A stretch of DNA of 64,000 nucleotides from Verrucomicrobiia bacterium (GCA_035546095.1 DASZXB010000088.1:3042-67041); one strand, 5' to 3'. Counted from the stretch's first letter, positions 1 through 9,278 are shown. Numbers and translations: made by a program. The notes: generated by a model from the sequence alone, not told the origin.

Positions 1-191
1 TTGCGTCCGACGCGGGCTTTGCGGGTTTTGACTTCAAAGACGCCGAAGTTGCGCAGTTCCACTTTGTCGCCTTTGGCGAGCGCTTCGGAAATGTAATCGA
101 GAGTTTTTTGCACCACATCGAAAACCTGTTGCTGGCCGAGGCCGGTTTCGTTGCTGATGCGCATCACGATGTCGCGTTTGGTAAGGGTCAT
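1..191 (-). CDS. HU/IHF-family DNA-binding protein (N-terminal ~63 codons; 3' end outside window)
   Basis: Reverse translation from the ATG at 191..189 gives MTLTKRDIVMRISNETGLGQQQVFDVVQKTLDYISEALAKGDKVELRNFGVFEVKTRKARVGR. This contains the ELRNFG.F....R.AR.GR arm signature of HU/IHF. It is absent from the ORF track because it is truncated by the window edge. Confidence 0.85.
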   Translation of the reverse strand, partial: MTLTKRDIVMRISNETGLGQQQVFDVVQKTLDYISEALAKGDKVELRNFGVFEVKTRKARVGR

Positions 192-377
192 AATTTTGTT
201 CTGATTTTCCGATTATTATCGAATGGTGGATTGTCTGTAAATTGCTGCTGTCGCGGTTCAAACGGCCAATCGCAACGGGAAATCCAACCGTTCATAAGTT
301 TTACTCGTATTTGAGTTAAACAACAGTTGTGAAGTAGGGGAATTCCGCGGACTTGTCCACAAAAAAATTCAACGGGT

Positions 378-2447
378 TTGAGGACGTTTTTTTGGGCAAA
401 AACGGTGGTGTTAAAAACACTTTACAGCTTGCGTGCCAGTTCGCAAAGTTATGGCGTGTTGACTGAAAACGAAATCAAAGTTCAGCCCGCACGGTCGCTG
501 GCTCAATTCAGGGTTCAAGCGGATTTTGCCAGCGCTCTGGAGACTTCCATTAAGCGGTCGCAACAATTCCTGCTGGGCGGGCAAAAGGCCGAAGGTTATT
601 GGGTGGGCGAATTGATGGTGGATTCCACGCTCGTGTCCGACACGATTGCGTATCATCATTGGAACGGGAAAATTGACCGCGAATGGCAGCGCAAGGCGGT
701 CAATCACATTTTCTCCATGCAATTGCCGGACGGCGGCTGGAACATTTATTACGGCGGCCCGTCGGAAGTGAACGCGACCATCAAAGCGTATCTCGCACTG
801 AAACTGGCCGGCGTGCCGGTGACCGACCCGCGCATGTTGCATGCCCGGCAAATGGCGTTGAGTCTCGGCGGTGTGCCGCGCATGAACACGTTTTCCAAAT
901 TATATCTCGCGCTGCTCGGTCTGTTTCCGTGGGAATACGTGCCGACGATTCCCTGCGAAGTGCTGTTGCTCGGCAAATGGTTTCACGTGAATTTCTGGGA
1001 CATGAGCAATTGGTCGCGCGGAATGCTCGTGCCGCTGGCCATCATCAATCATTTCAAACCGACGCATCCCGTCAACGTCACGCTCGACGAATTGTATCCC
1101 GAAGGCATCCACGAACGCGATTTAGCGCTCGCGCCCGACCCGGAAAAAATTTCGTGGCGCAATTTTTTCCTGTGGCTGGACCGTTTGCACAAGTTCGCTG
1201 AGTGGTTCGCGGAACATAAAATTCATCCGTTCCGCAAATTCGCGTTGAAAAAGGCCGAGAATTGGATGCTCGACCGATTTGAGGGCGCGGATGGTCTGGC
1301 GGCGATTTTTCCGGCCATGCTCAATGCGCTCATCGCGTTACAGGCACTCGGTTATCCTGATGACCATCCGCAAGTGAAACGCGCGGCGCATGAATTGAAA
1401 AAATTGGAGCACGAAACGGAAGACGACGTGCGCATCGAACCGTGTTTTTCGCCCGTTTGGGATACCGCCATCGTTTTGATTTGCCTGCACGAATCCGGCG
1501 TTTCTGAAAATCATCCGAAATTGAAACGCGCCGCCGAATGGCTGATGGAAAAGGAAATCCGTTTTCGCGGTGATTGGCAGTATAAAAATCCGGCCAAAGT
1601 CGAAGCCAGTGGTTGGGTTTTTGAATACAACAACAAATGGAATCCCGACGTGGACGACACGGCGATGGTGCTGCTCGCGTTGCGTAAAATTCCCACGGAC
1701 AATCCGAAGAAACGCGACGAATGTTTCCGGCGCGGCCTCAAATGGATGATGACGTTCCAATGCAAAGACGGTGGCTGGGCGGCCTTTGACAAGGATTGCA
1801 CGAAAAACATTTTGGACAAAGTTCCGTTCGCCGATCACAACGCGATGCTCGACCCTGAATGCGCCGACATCACCGCGCGCATTTTGGAATTGCTCGGTTA
1901 CGAAGGTTGGAATCGCGATCATCATCAGATTCGCCCCGCGCTCGAATATATCCGCAAACAGCAGGAAGCCGACGGTTCATGGTATGGCCGTTGGGGCGTG
2001 AATTACATTTACGGCACGTGGCAAGTATTGCGCGGAATGCGCGCGATGAATTGGGACATGAACGAAGACTGGCTGCAACGCGGGCGCAAATGGCTCGAAA
2101 GCGTTCAGCACGCCGACGGCGGCTGGGGCGAACGTTGCAATACCTATGACGACCCGATTTACAAAGGGCAAGGGCCGAGCACCGCGTCGCAAACCGCGTG
2201 GGCGGTCATGGGCTTGTGCGCGTTCGACGACCCGGACAATCCCGCGCTCCAACGCGGTATCGAGTATTTGATTCGCACGCAAAATCCCGACGGTTCGTGG
2301 ACCGAACTCGAAACCACCGGCACGGGTTTTCCAAAAGTGTTCTATTTGAAATACGACATGTATCGCAACGCCTGGCCGTTACTGGCTTTGGCGACTTACA
2401 AGAAAATCTGCGAACGTGTGACAGCCAAAAACGGCAACCGCGTTTGA
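378..2447 (+). CDS. shc: squalene-hopene cyclase
   Basis: 689-aa ORF with the DVDDTA (DxDDTA) catalytic motif and repeated QW-type motifs (DGGW, DGSW). The start is uncertain: the TTG at 378 may be an upstream extension. Confidence 0.92.
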   Translation: MRTFFWAKTVVLKTLYSLRASSQSYGVLTENEIKVQPARSLAQFRVQADFASALETSIKRSQQFLLGGQKAEGYWVGELMVDSTLVSDTIAYHHWNGKIDREWQRKAVNHIFSMQLPDGGWNIYYGGPSEVNATIKAYLALKLAGVPVTDPRMLHARQMALSLGGVPRMNTFSKLYLALLGLFPWEYVPTIPCEVLLLGKWFHVNFWDMSNWSRGMLVPLAIINHFKPTHPVNVTLDELYPEGIHERDLALAPDPEKISWRNFFLWLDRLHKFAEWFAEHKIHPFRKFALKKAENWMLDRFEGADGLAAIFPAMLNALIALQALGYPDDHPQVKRAAHELKKLEHETEDDVRIEPCFSPVWDTAIVLICLHESGVSENHPKLKRAAEWLMEKEIRFRGDWQYKNPAKVEASGWVFEYNNKWNPDVDDTAMVLLALRKIPTDNPKKRDECFRRGLKWMMTFQCKDGGWAAFDKDCTKNILDKVPFADHNAMLDPECADITARILELLGYEGWNRDHHQIRPALEYIRKQQEADGSWYGRWGVNYIYGTWQVLRGMRAMNWDMNEDWLQRGRKWLESVQHADGGWGERCNTYDDPIYKGQGPSTASQTAWAVMGLCAFDDPDNPALQRGIEYLIRTQNPDGSWTELETTGTGFPKVFYLKYDMYRNAWPLLALATYKKICERVTAKNGNRV

Positions 2448-2497
2448 AATCAAATGGGCTGGCTACGTAAAGAATTGCCCACCCGTCACCATTCAGT

Positions 2498-3631
2498 GTG
2501 AAAAGCATTTTCAATTCCAAGTGGTTTGGCTGGTTCACATTTGCGATCGTAATTATTTATTTAATCATTGGGTTGTGGCCATTTGATTTTCACCCTTTGA
2601 ATCGGGTGAACTGGCTGGCAAATCGAACTGGCCTGCAATTTGGAACCCGAGGCATCGCTTACGATCCAACTCCTTTGGCGCTCTCTGGATCGGATGGAAT
2701 TAGCGCTCAACCTGCAAGTTTTTCCGCAGAAGTTTGGCTTGAAGCAGATCGTGAACCGGACGACGACGTTTTTAATGTTTTAACCATTCACAATGCCGGC
2801 TTGCCCGCCGACTTTGTTTTTTGTCAGTGGAAACGTGAATTTTTGTTTCGGGCGGCCATCACGCATCCATTCGCGCACCATGTCAGCGAAATCGGCATCA
2901 GCGACGCGTTGCTGACAGGAAAAATCCATTTTATCGCAATCCGGAGTGATGCCATTGGAACAGACTTGTTTTTAGACGGTTCGCTGAAAGGACATTTCCC
3001 CGGGTTCGTTTTGCGACCAAATGCAGCAATTGGGCAATTGATTCTTGGCAACGACGATTCCGGGAAACATCCGTGGCGAGGGCGATTGTTCGGCATGGCT
3101 CTATTCAACCGGCGGCTCGACACGGCGGAGGTTGCCGAACACTATCAACTTTGGATGAATGAAAATGCGTTGCAACTCACAAATGCCGCTGGTCTGACTG
3201 CGCTTTATCTTTTCAACGAGGGCAGGGGACAGCGCGCGGAAGATTTTTCTAGCAACCGGCATCACGTTTTTATCCCCGAAGTTTTCCAACCGATTTATCG
3301 CCGGGTTCTCATTCCGCCGTGGAAAGATTTGTCTTACAACAATAGGCCGGATTACTCGGACATTGCTGTGAACATTCTCGGTTTCATTCCCTTCGGTTTT
3401 TGCTTTTTCATTTATCGCCAGTCCGCCGCGCCAAAGCGCCAGGCCGCCAATTTTCTTTTAGTTCTGCTTGCCGGTTTCGCCATCAGCCTGACGATTGAAC
3501 TGATTCAGGCGTGGTTGCCGAATCGAACCTCTTCCATGACTGATTTGCTGACGAACACGACCGGAACCTTGATTGGTGTGATGCTGGCCGTGCGTTGCCG
3601 CCGGTTTTTTGCTCGTAAATCCGAAGCGTAA
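2498..3631 (+). CDS. VanZ-family membrane protein with an N-terminal LamG/concanavalin-like region
   Basis: C-terminus NILGFIPFGF...LTIELIQAWLPNRTSSMTDLLTNTTGTLIG is VanZ-like. There is an N-terminal TM helix. The central LILGNDDSG..WRGRLFGMALFNRRL resembles LamG-type jelly-roll proteins. Confidence 0.65.
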   Translation: MKSIFNSKWFGWFTFAIVIIYLIIGLWPFDFHPLNRVNWLANRTGLQFGTRGIAYDPTPLALSGSDGISAQPASFSAEVWLEADREPDDDVFNVLTIHNAGLPADFVFCQWKREFLFRAAITHPFAHHVSEIGISDALLTGKIHFIAIRSDAIGTDLFLDGSLKGHFPGFVLRPNAAIGQLILGNDDSGKHPWRGRLFGMALFNRRLDTAEVAEHYQLWMNENALQLTNAAGLTALYLFNEGRGQRAEDFSSNRHHVFIPEVFQPIYRRVLIPPWKDLSYNNRPDYSDIAVNILGFIPFGFCFFIYRQSAAPKRQAANFLLVLLAGFAISLTIELIQAWLPNRTSSMTDLLTNTTGTLIGVMLAVRCRRFFARKSEA

Positions 3632-3650
3632 ATCGTAGCATACTGGCTAC

Positions 3651-4799
3651 GTGAGTTGGTTTTATCATCACGCTATTCGCCCGCTTCTTTTTGCCCAAGA
3701 TGCGGAACGCGCGCATGATTTCGCGCTGAATCTTCTTGCGCTAGCCAGCCGCGACGAATTGATTTGCGATTCGATTGGAAAATTTTTTGCCGCGGCGGAA
3801 TTGCCCGTTGAACTGTTCGGGTTGAAATTTCCAAATCCCATCGGCGTCGCCGCCGGAATGGATAAATTTGCCGCCGCCGTTCCAATTTGGGAAAAACTTG
3901 GCTTTGGATTTTGCGAACTTGGCGGCGTGACATGGCACGCGCAGCCGGGCAATCCGCAACCGCGAATGTTCCGTGCTATCGCCGATGAAGCGATTGTCAA
4001 TCGCATGGGCTTCAACAATTCTGGCGCGGAAGCCGTCGCGCGAAAATTGGCGGATTGGAAAAAAACCGGTCGCTGGCCAAATTCGCCGGTCGGCATCAAT
4101 CTCGGCAAATCCAAAATCACGCCGTTGGAAAACGCGGCGGAAGATTACGCCAATTCGTTTCGCACGTTGCGCGACCTTGCGGATTTTTTTATCGTCAACG
4201 TCAGTTCGCCGAACACACCGGGCTTGCGCCGGTTGCAGGACAAGGCGGCATTGGATGAAATTCTCATTGCGTTGCAGGAAATCAATAACGGGGAGAACGA
4301 CGTGCCGTCGTCCCAAACTCTTAATTCAGGGACGCCGACACGGCGTCCCTCCCGACCAATTTTAGTCAAAATCGCGCCCGACCTTTCATTTGAAGCGATT
4401 GACGAAATTTTGGAATTGGCAACTGCGCGACAAATTTCGGGAATCGTCGCGACGAACACGACCATTTCCCGTCCACAAACGACAAATGTGCGCTTGCAAA
4501 AAATTTACGCCGAAACCGGCGGCTTGAGCGGCAAACCGTTGCGCGCGCGCAGCACGGAAATTATCCGGCACATTTTCAAACAGACGAACGGCAAAGTGCC
4601 CGTCATCGGCGTCGGCGGCATTTTCAGCGCGGATGATGCGTGGGGAAAAATTTGCGCTGGCGCGAGTCTGCTTCAGATTTACACCGGACTGATTTATGAA
4701 GGGCCATATTTGGCAAAAAAAATTGTCGCCGGACTGATTCAAAAATTGCAAAACGAAGGCATGAAAAATTTGTCAAACGCCGTCGGTTTGGCTAATTGA
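3651..4799 (+). CDS. pyrD: dihydroorotate dehydrogenase (quinone), class 2
   Basis: N-terminus FYHHAIRPLLF...AERAH, NVSSPNTPGLR active-site loop and VIGVGGI C-terminal motif. It carries an extra approx 21-codon segment (see the repeat at 4291..4353). Confidence 0.92.
   Translation: MSWFYHHAIRPLLFAQDAERAHDFALNLLALASRDELICDSIGKFFAAAELPVELFGLKFPNPIGVAAGMDKFAAAVPIWEKLGFGFCELGGVTWHAQPGNPQPRMFRAIADEAIVNRMGFNNSGAEAVARKLADWKKTGRWPNSPVGINLGKSKITPLENAAEDYANSFRTLRDLADFFIVNVSSPNTPGLRRLQDKAALDEILIALQEINNGENDVPSSQTLNSGTPTRRPSRPILVKIAPDLSFEAIDEILELATARQISGIVATNTTISRPQTTNVRLQKIYAETGGLSGKPLRARSTEIIRHIFKQTNGKVPVIGVGGIFSADDAWGKICAGASLLQIYTGLIYEGPYLAKKIVAGLIQKLQNEGMKNLSNAVGLAN
4291..4353. repeat. two-hairpin palindromic element (family E) lying in frame inside pyrD
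   Basis: Hairpins gaacgacg-tgc-cgtcgtcc (4296..4314) and gggacgccg-aca-cggcgtccc (4329..4349). The layout matches the intergenic copy at 57802..57853 (reverse orientation), with a compensatory stem change. It is 63 nt (21 codons) and encodes GENDVPSSQTLNSGTPTRRPS. Confidence 0.75.
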
Positions 4800-5161
4800 A
4801 TGTCATGTTCGAGCCGCGCAACCAACGTTTGCTGCCGCGCCGGGAATACTTTCGGCGCGTTGCGCGTCATGTCGCGCTGGGCATCGGCGTTCTCATCGTC
4901 TGGTTGGGCGTCGGCATGGCCGGTTATCACGATTTGGAAAAACTTTCGTGGCTGGACGCTTTTCTGAACGCGGCGATGATTTTGTCCGGCATGGGGCCGG
5001 TGGCGACGCTGCAAACGGACGCGGGGAAAATTTTCGCGGGCAGCTATGCGATTTTTAGCGGCATCGCGTTAACCGGCATTTTGGGAATCATTTTTGCTCC
5101 GGTCGTCCATCGTTTCCTGCACAAGTTTCATCTGGAAGACAAGAAACTGGACAAGCGTTAA
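4796..5161 (+). CDS. small 2-TM membrane protein, K+-channel-pore-like with a non-canonical filter
   Basis: 121-aa ORF (alternative ATG at 4805). The pattern YHDLEKLSWLDAFLNAAMILSGMGP matches the pore-helix/filter layout of small Ion_trans_2 proteins, but LSGMGP replaces TVGYG. Confidence 0.5.
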   Translation: MNVMFEPRNQRLLPRREYFRRVARHVALGIGVLIVWLGVGMAGYHDLEKLSWLDAFLNAAMILSGMGPVATLQTDAGKIFAGSYAIFSGIALTGILGIIFAPVVHRFLHKFHLEDKKLDKR

Positions 5162-5232
5162 ATTGATTGGCCGGAAAATTTTGCCGCTCTGAAAAAATTG
5201 CCATTCGCCCCGTATTTCAGTTACATAAGCGC

Positions 5233-6225
5233 ATGAAGTATTTGCCTGCCAATTCCCGTTACTCGGAAATGGTTTATCGCCGTTGCGGTCGCAGCGGTTT
5301 GAAACTGTCCGCGATTTCACTCGGCCTCTGGCATAATTTCGGCGGCGTGGACACGTTGGAAAACGCCCGCACCATGCTGCGCTGCGCATTCGATTTAGGC
5401 ATCACACATTTCGATTTGGCGAACAACTACGGCCCGCCGCCCGGCTCGGCGGAAGAAAATTTTGGACGGATTTTGCACGACGATTTTGCCACGCTCCGCG
5501 ACGAATTGGTGATTTCGTCCAAAGCCGGTTACACGATGTGGGACGGGCCTTACGGCGATTGGGGTTCGCGCAAATACCTCGTCGCGAGTTGTGACCAAAG
5601 TCTCAAGCGGATGAAGTTGGACTATGTGGACATTTTTTATCACCACCGTCCCGACCCCGAAACGCCGCTGGAAGAAACGATGGGCGCGCTGGATTACATC
5701 GTTCGCAGCGGGCGGGCGCTTTACGCCGGAATTTCCAATTATCCGGCGGATAAAACGCGACAGGCGGCGGAAATTTTGCGTTCGCTCGGCACGCCGTGCC
5801 TGATCCATCAACCGTCTTACAGCATGTTCAATCGCTGGATTGAGGACGGTTTGCTCGGCGTGCTGGAGCAGGCAGGCATTGGTTGCATCGCGTTTTCACC
5901 GCTCGCGCAAGGGTTGTTGACCGATAAGTATTTGCAAGGCATTCCCGAAGGTTCGCGCGCGTCCAAGCCGCATGGATTTTTGCGCCCCGCGCACGTCACG
6001 GAAACGAAACTCGCGCAAGTCAACCAACTCAACGATCTTGCCAAAGCACGCGGCCAAACGCTCGCGCAAATGGCGTTGGCATGGGTGTTGCGGCATCCGC
6101 AAATGACTTCGGCGTTGATTGGCGCGAGTCGCGGCGCGCAAATTGAAGATGCCGTTGGCGCGTTGAAGAATTTGAAATTTACCGCGGAAGAACTCCAGAA
6201 AATTGAAATCATTTTGAAAGGTTAA
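5233..6225 (+). CDS. aldo/keto reductase (YghZ/Gpr-like)
   Basis: From the ATG at 5233: MKYLPANSRYSEMVYRRCGRSGLKLSAISLGLWHNFG closely parallels the E. coli YghZ N-terminus. AKR motifs DLANNYG and HRPD are present. The track start at 5167 is taken as an upstream extension. Confidence 0.88.
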   Translation: MKYLPANSRYSEMVYRRCGRSGLKLSAISLGLWHNFGGVDTLENARTMLRCAFDLGITHFDLANNYGPPPGSAEENFGRILHDDFATLRDELVISSKAGYTMWDGPYGDWGSRKYLVASCDQSLKRMKLDYVDIFYHHRPDPETPLEETMGALDYIVRSGRALYAGISNYPADKTRQAAEILRSLGTPCLIHQPSYSMFNRWIEDGLLGVLEQAGIGCIAFSPLAQGLLTDKYLQGIPEGSRASKPHGFLRPAHVTETKLAQVNQLNDLAKARGQTLAQMALAWVLRHPQMTSALIGASRGAQIEDAVGALKNLKFTAEELQKIEIILKG

Positions 6226-6234
6226 ATCATTCAC

Positions 6235-7080
6235 ATGCGATTTGCGTTCACGAAATATCACGCGTTGGGCAACGATTATCTTGTCATTGATCCAAAAGAC
6301 GCGTCGTCGTCATTGACGCCCGAGCAAATCAAGACCATTTGTCACCGGAATTATGGCGTCGGTTCGGACGGCATTTTGCTCGGGCCGTTGCCGTCGAAAA
6401 AAGCGGAATTCAAACTGCGCATTTTCAATCCCGACGGCAGCGAGGCGGAGAAAAGCGGAAACGGCCTGCGAATTTTTTCGCGTTATCTGTGGGACAAAAA
6501 ATTGGTCGGCAAAGATGAATTCACCGTGGAAACGCCCGGCGGCATCGTGCGTGCGACGGTGATGGAACGCGGCAAAATCGTGCGCGTGGAAATGGGCAAG
6601 GTTAGTTTCTGGAGCGACGAAATTCCGGTAGCCGGGCCGCGACGCGAAGTCATCAACGAGCCAATTCATTTGCGCGGCGAGCGGTTCAATTTTTGCGCGG
6701 CGACAGTGGGCAATCCGCACTGCGTTCTGCCGTTGCAACGCATCAGCGCGGAATTGGCGAAACAAATCGGGCCGCAATTGGAAACGCACGCGCGCTTTCC
6801 GAACCGCACCAACGTGCAATTGATGAAGGTGCTCGACCGAAACAACATCCAGATTGAAATCTGGGAGCGCGGCGCGGGTTACACGCTGGCCAGCGGCAGC
6901 AGCAGCAGCGCGGCGGCGGCGGTGGCGCACCGACTCGGATTGTGCGACCGCGAGATTACCGTTCGTATGCCGGGTGGAAAAATCGAGATTGAAATCAGCG
7001 ACGGTTTTGAGATTCGCATGACGGGGCCGGTCACGAAAGTTGCCGAAGGTGTCACGGCGAAGGAAATGCTCGCCGTTTGA
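6235..7080 (+). CDS. dapF: diaminopimelate epimerase family protein (both catalytic Cys positions are Ser)
   Basis: HALGNDYLVID, RIFNPDGSEAEKSGNG, VGNPHCV and WERGAGYTLASGSS align position by position with DapF motifs. The two active-site Cys codons read AGC (Ser). Confidence 0.8.
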   Translation: MRFAFTKYHALGNDYLVIDPKDASSSLTPEQIKTICHRNYGVGSDGILLGPLPSKKAEFKLRIFNPDGSEAEKSGNGLRIFSRYLWDKKLVGKDEFTVETPGGIVRATVMERGKIVRVEMGKVSFWSDEIPVAGPRREVINEPIHLRGERFNFCAATVGNPHCVLPLQRISAELAKQIGPQLETHARFPNRTNVQLMKVLDRNNIQIEIWERGAGYTLASGSSSSAAAAVAHRLGLCDREITVRMPGGKIEIEISDGFEIRMTGPVTKVAEGVTAKEMLAV

Positions 7081-7086
7081 ATTTTT

Positions 7087-7113
7087 CATGTCCTTTTGTG
7101 TCCATTCGTAGTT
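7087..7113. repeat. half copy of the family A repeat
   Basis: catgtccttttgtgtccattcgtagtt resembles the 3' arm of the full element at 60277..60354 (gcgtccattcgtggtt). Confidence 0.5.
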
Positions 7114-7123
7114 AAATTCTCAA

Positions 7124-7678
7124 ATGAAACTGTCGTTATTATCCATTTTGCTTGGTGTCGGCATGAGTGTGCCGCAGATTTATGGCATTGCTAATCCGCA
7201 GAAGTTCGCGGTGTCCGTCCGCAAATTTCCGCGCAATCTGCCGGTCGGCATTTTTCTGACGCTGCTGGCGACGGTATGGTTTTTGTGGAACGTGAACGGC
7301 GAATCGCTGGCGGATTATTCAGCTTACAAGCCGGAAATGATGGTCGCGTTTGGCGCCATCGGCATTTTGACGTGCGTTTATGTTCAGGATTTTCTGGCGG
7401 TGCGCGGGCTGGCGGTTTTGTTTTTGTTGCTCGCCCGATTGATGGTGGACACGGGGCGTCCGCATTTGGGCGAAACGCCGTGGGTTTTGGTCATTCAAAT
7501 CTGGGCTTACGTTCTTGTGATTGCGGGTATCTGGTTCACAGTCGCGCCGTGGCGGTTACGCGATTTTTTGAATTGGGCGACGGCGACCGAAGGCCGCATC
7601 AAAATCGGCAGCGCCATTCGCTTGGCGTTCGCGCTCTTCATCGTCCTGCTCGGCTTGACGGCGTTTCGCGCGATGTAA
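7124..7678 (+). CDS. polytopic membrane protein, unknown function
   Basis: 184-aa ORF with 5 to 6 hydrophobic helices. No motif recognised. Confidence 0.6.
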   Translation: MKLSLLSILLGVGMSVPQIYGIANPQKFAVSVRKFPRNLPVGIFLTLLATVWFLWNVNGESLADYSAYKPEMMVAFGAIGILTCVYVQDFLAVRGLAVLFLLLARLMVDTGRPHLGETPWVLVIQIWAYVLVIAGIWFTVAPWRLRDFLNWATATEGRIKIGSAIRLAFALFIVLLGLTAFRAM

Positions 7679-7764
7679 TTTTTTTCCGCGACGGTAACTT
7701 TTTCCTGCGATAGCGCGATTGTCAGTCATTGCCGCTCTGCTTCAGCCGCCAGTTTCCCGATTCG

Positions 7765-7804
7765 TTGTCACTTACTTGTAACAATTTCTCCGCATGGTTG
7801 TAAC
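7765..7804 (+). promoter_or_regulatory. Pho-box-like direct repeats upstream of the porin-pst operon
   Basis: TTGTCAC (7765), TTGTAAC (7776) and TTGTAAC (7798) are phased at 11 and 22 bp, about 40 to 80 nt upstream of the porin start. The heptad and helical phasing resemble PhoB boxes (E. coli CTGTCAT). Confidence 0.4.
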
Positions 7805-7845
7805 GGTGTGGCCGCAAAGTGTCGGCGCACTTCGAACTAACAACC

Positions 7846-9228
7846 ATGAAAAAAATTAAAAGAACAAACACTTCAAAAATTGCTCTGTTCGCCGGAGCGA
7901 CGGCATTGATGGCAATGGCGCCACAAATTCATGCGCAAACTTCGGGAGACGCGCTGATTAACAAATTGGAACAAAAAGGAATTTTGAGCAGCGACGAAGC
8001 CAGGGAGTTACGGGCGGAGAACGCGCAGGATTTCAACAGCAGTTTGACCAACGATATCACCAGCACATTGCCGAAAGGTTTTGGCGCGCCGGGTTGGATT
8101 ACGGGTTACAAATTGAGCGGCGACCTTCGCGGGCGTTACGATCAAGTCAGCACGGATCTGCCGGCCTTTGGTGGACATGACAATAACATCCGTTTGCGCT
8201 ATCGCCTGCGTGTCGGGTTGACGGTGAACATGGCCGACAATATGCAACTTGGATTTCGTCTGGGTTCGGACGATTCACCGGGAACAACCGGCGGCACGAC
8301 GGGTGGCAATCCACTTTCAAACAACACGACGCTTCAAGGCAACGGCTCGAAGAAATTCATTTACGTGGATGCGGCTTACGGAAAATGGACGCCCATCAAA
8401 AATGACACATGGACGTTGTCGGGAACCATCGGCAAAATGGACCAGCCGCTCGTGGTGTCGCCGATGTTGTTCGACCCGGATTACACACCGGAAGGCGGCG
8501 CGCTACAGGCCACTTACAAAATCAACGACATGAATTCACTCGCATTTAACGGTGTGGGATTTGTGTTGGATCAGGTGAATTCGCGTTCGCCTTTTCTTTA
8601 CGGTGGCCAAGCCATTTGGAATGCGAATTGGACGCCTAAGATCACTTCCTCGGCGGGAATCGCCTTTTATGACATCGTCAATTCAGACAACTTAGCCGCC
8701 AATGCAACCGGAACTCCTTACGATTCGAACCGTGGGAATACACTTACCGGAACCGGCGCTTTTGCCAGCGATTTTAATCCAATTGTCGCCAGCGGCAGCG
8801 CTACTTATACATTGGATAGTTTCCCGCTCTACACGGGTGCGTTCCCGATTAAACTTGCGGGCGAATACATGAACAATCCCGCAGCTTCGAGCCAAAACGA
8901 AGGCTGGTGGGCTGGTGTTACCTTTGGCAAATCCGGCAAAAAAGGGAATTGGGACATTTCCTATCGTTATCAACGATTGGAAGCGGATGCCTGGTGGGAT
9001 CAACTTGTGGATGACGATAACATTGCCGTATTCCCGACTTCGGCCACTGCCGGCGCGGCTGCGGGTGGAACAAACATCAAAGGTCATTTAGTCAAAATGA
9101 ATTACTCGATTTTTGATTCGCTGACTTTCACCTTTACCTGCTATGTCAACGATTTGATCAATAATCCAATTCCGGGCACCAAGACCGGCGCGGTTCACGC
9201 CATGGCCGATTTGATGTGGAAATTTTAA
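7846..9228 (+). CDS. outer-membrane porin, probably phosphate-selective (OprO/P-like)
   Basis: Signal peptide MKKIKRTNTSKIALFAGATALMAMAPQIHA, beta-strand-like alternation and a C-terminal ...LMWKF aromatic terminus. It lies directly upstream of pstS. Confidence 0.7.
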   Translation: MKKIKRTNTSKIALFAGATALMAMAPQIHAQTSGDALINKLEQKGILSSDEARELRAENAQDFNSSLTNDITSTLPKGFGAPGWITGYKLSGDLRGRYDQVSTDLPAFGGHDNNIRLRYRLRVGLTVNMADNMQLGFRLGSDDSPGTTGGTTGGNPLSNNTTLQGNGSKKFIYVDAAYGKWTPIKNDTWTLSGTIGKMDQPLVVSPMLFDPDYTPEGGALQATYKINDMNSLAFNGVGFVLDQVNSRSPFLYGGQAIWNANWTPKITSSAGIAFYDIVNSDNLAANATGTPYDSNRGNTLTGTGAFASDFNPIVASGSATYTLDSFPLYTGAFPIKLAGEYMNNPAASSQNEGWWAGVTFGKSGKKGNWDISYRYQRLEADAWWDQLVDDDNIAVFPTSATAGAAAGGTNIKGHLVKMNYSIFDSLTFTFTCYVNDLINNPIPGTKTGAVHAMADLMWKF

Positions 9229-9278
9229 CCGGAATGTAACATAAACAGACGACGAAAACTGATTTAATCTTCCCGAAA

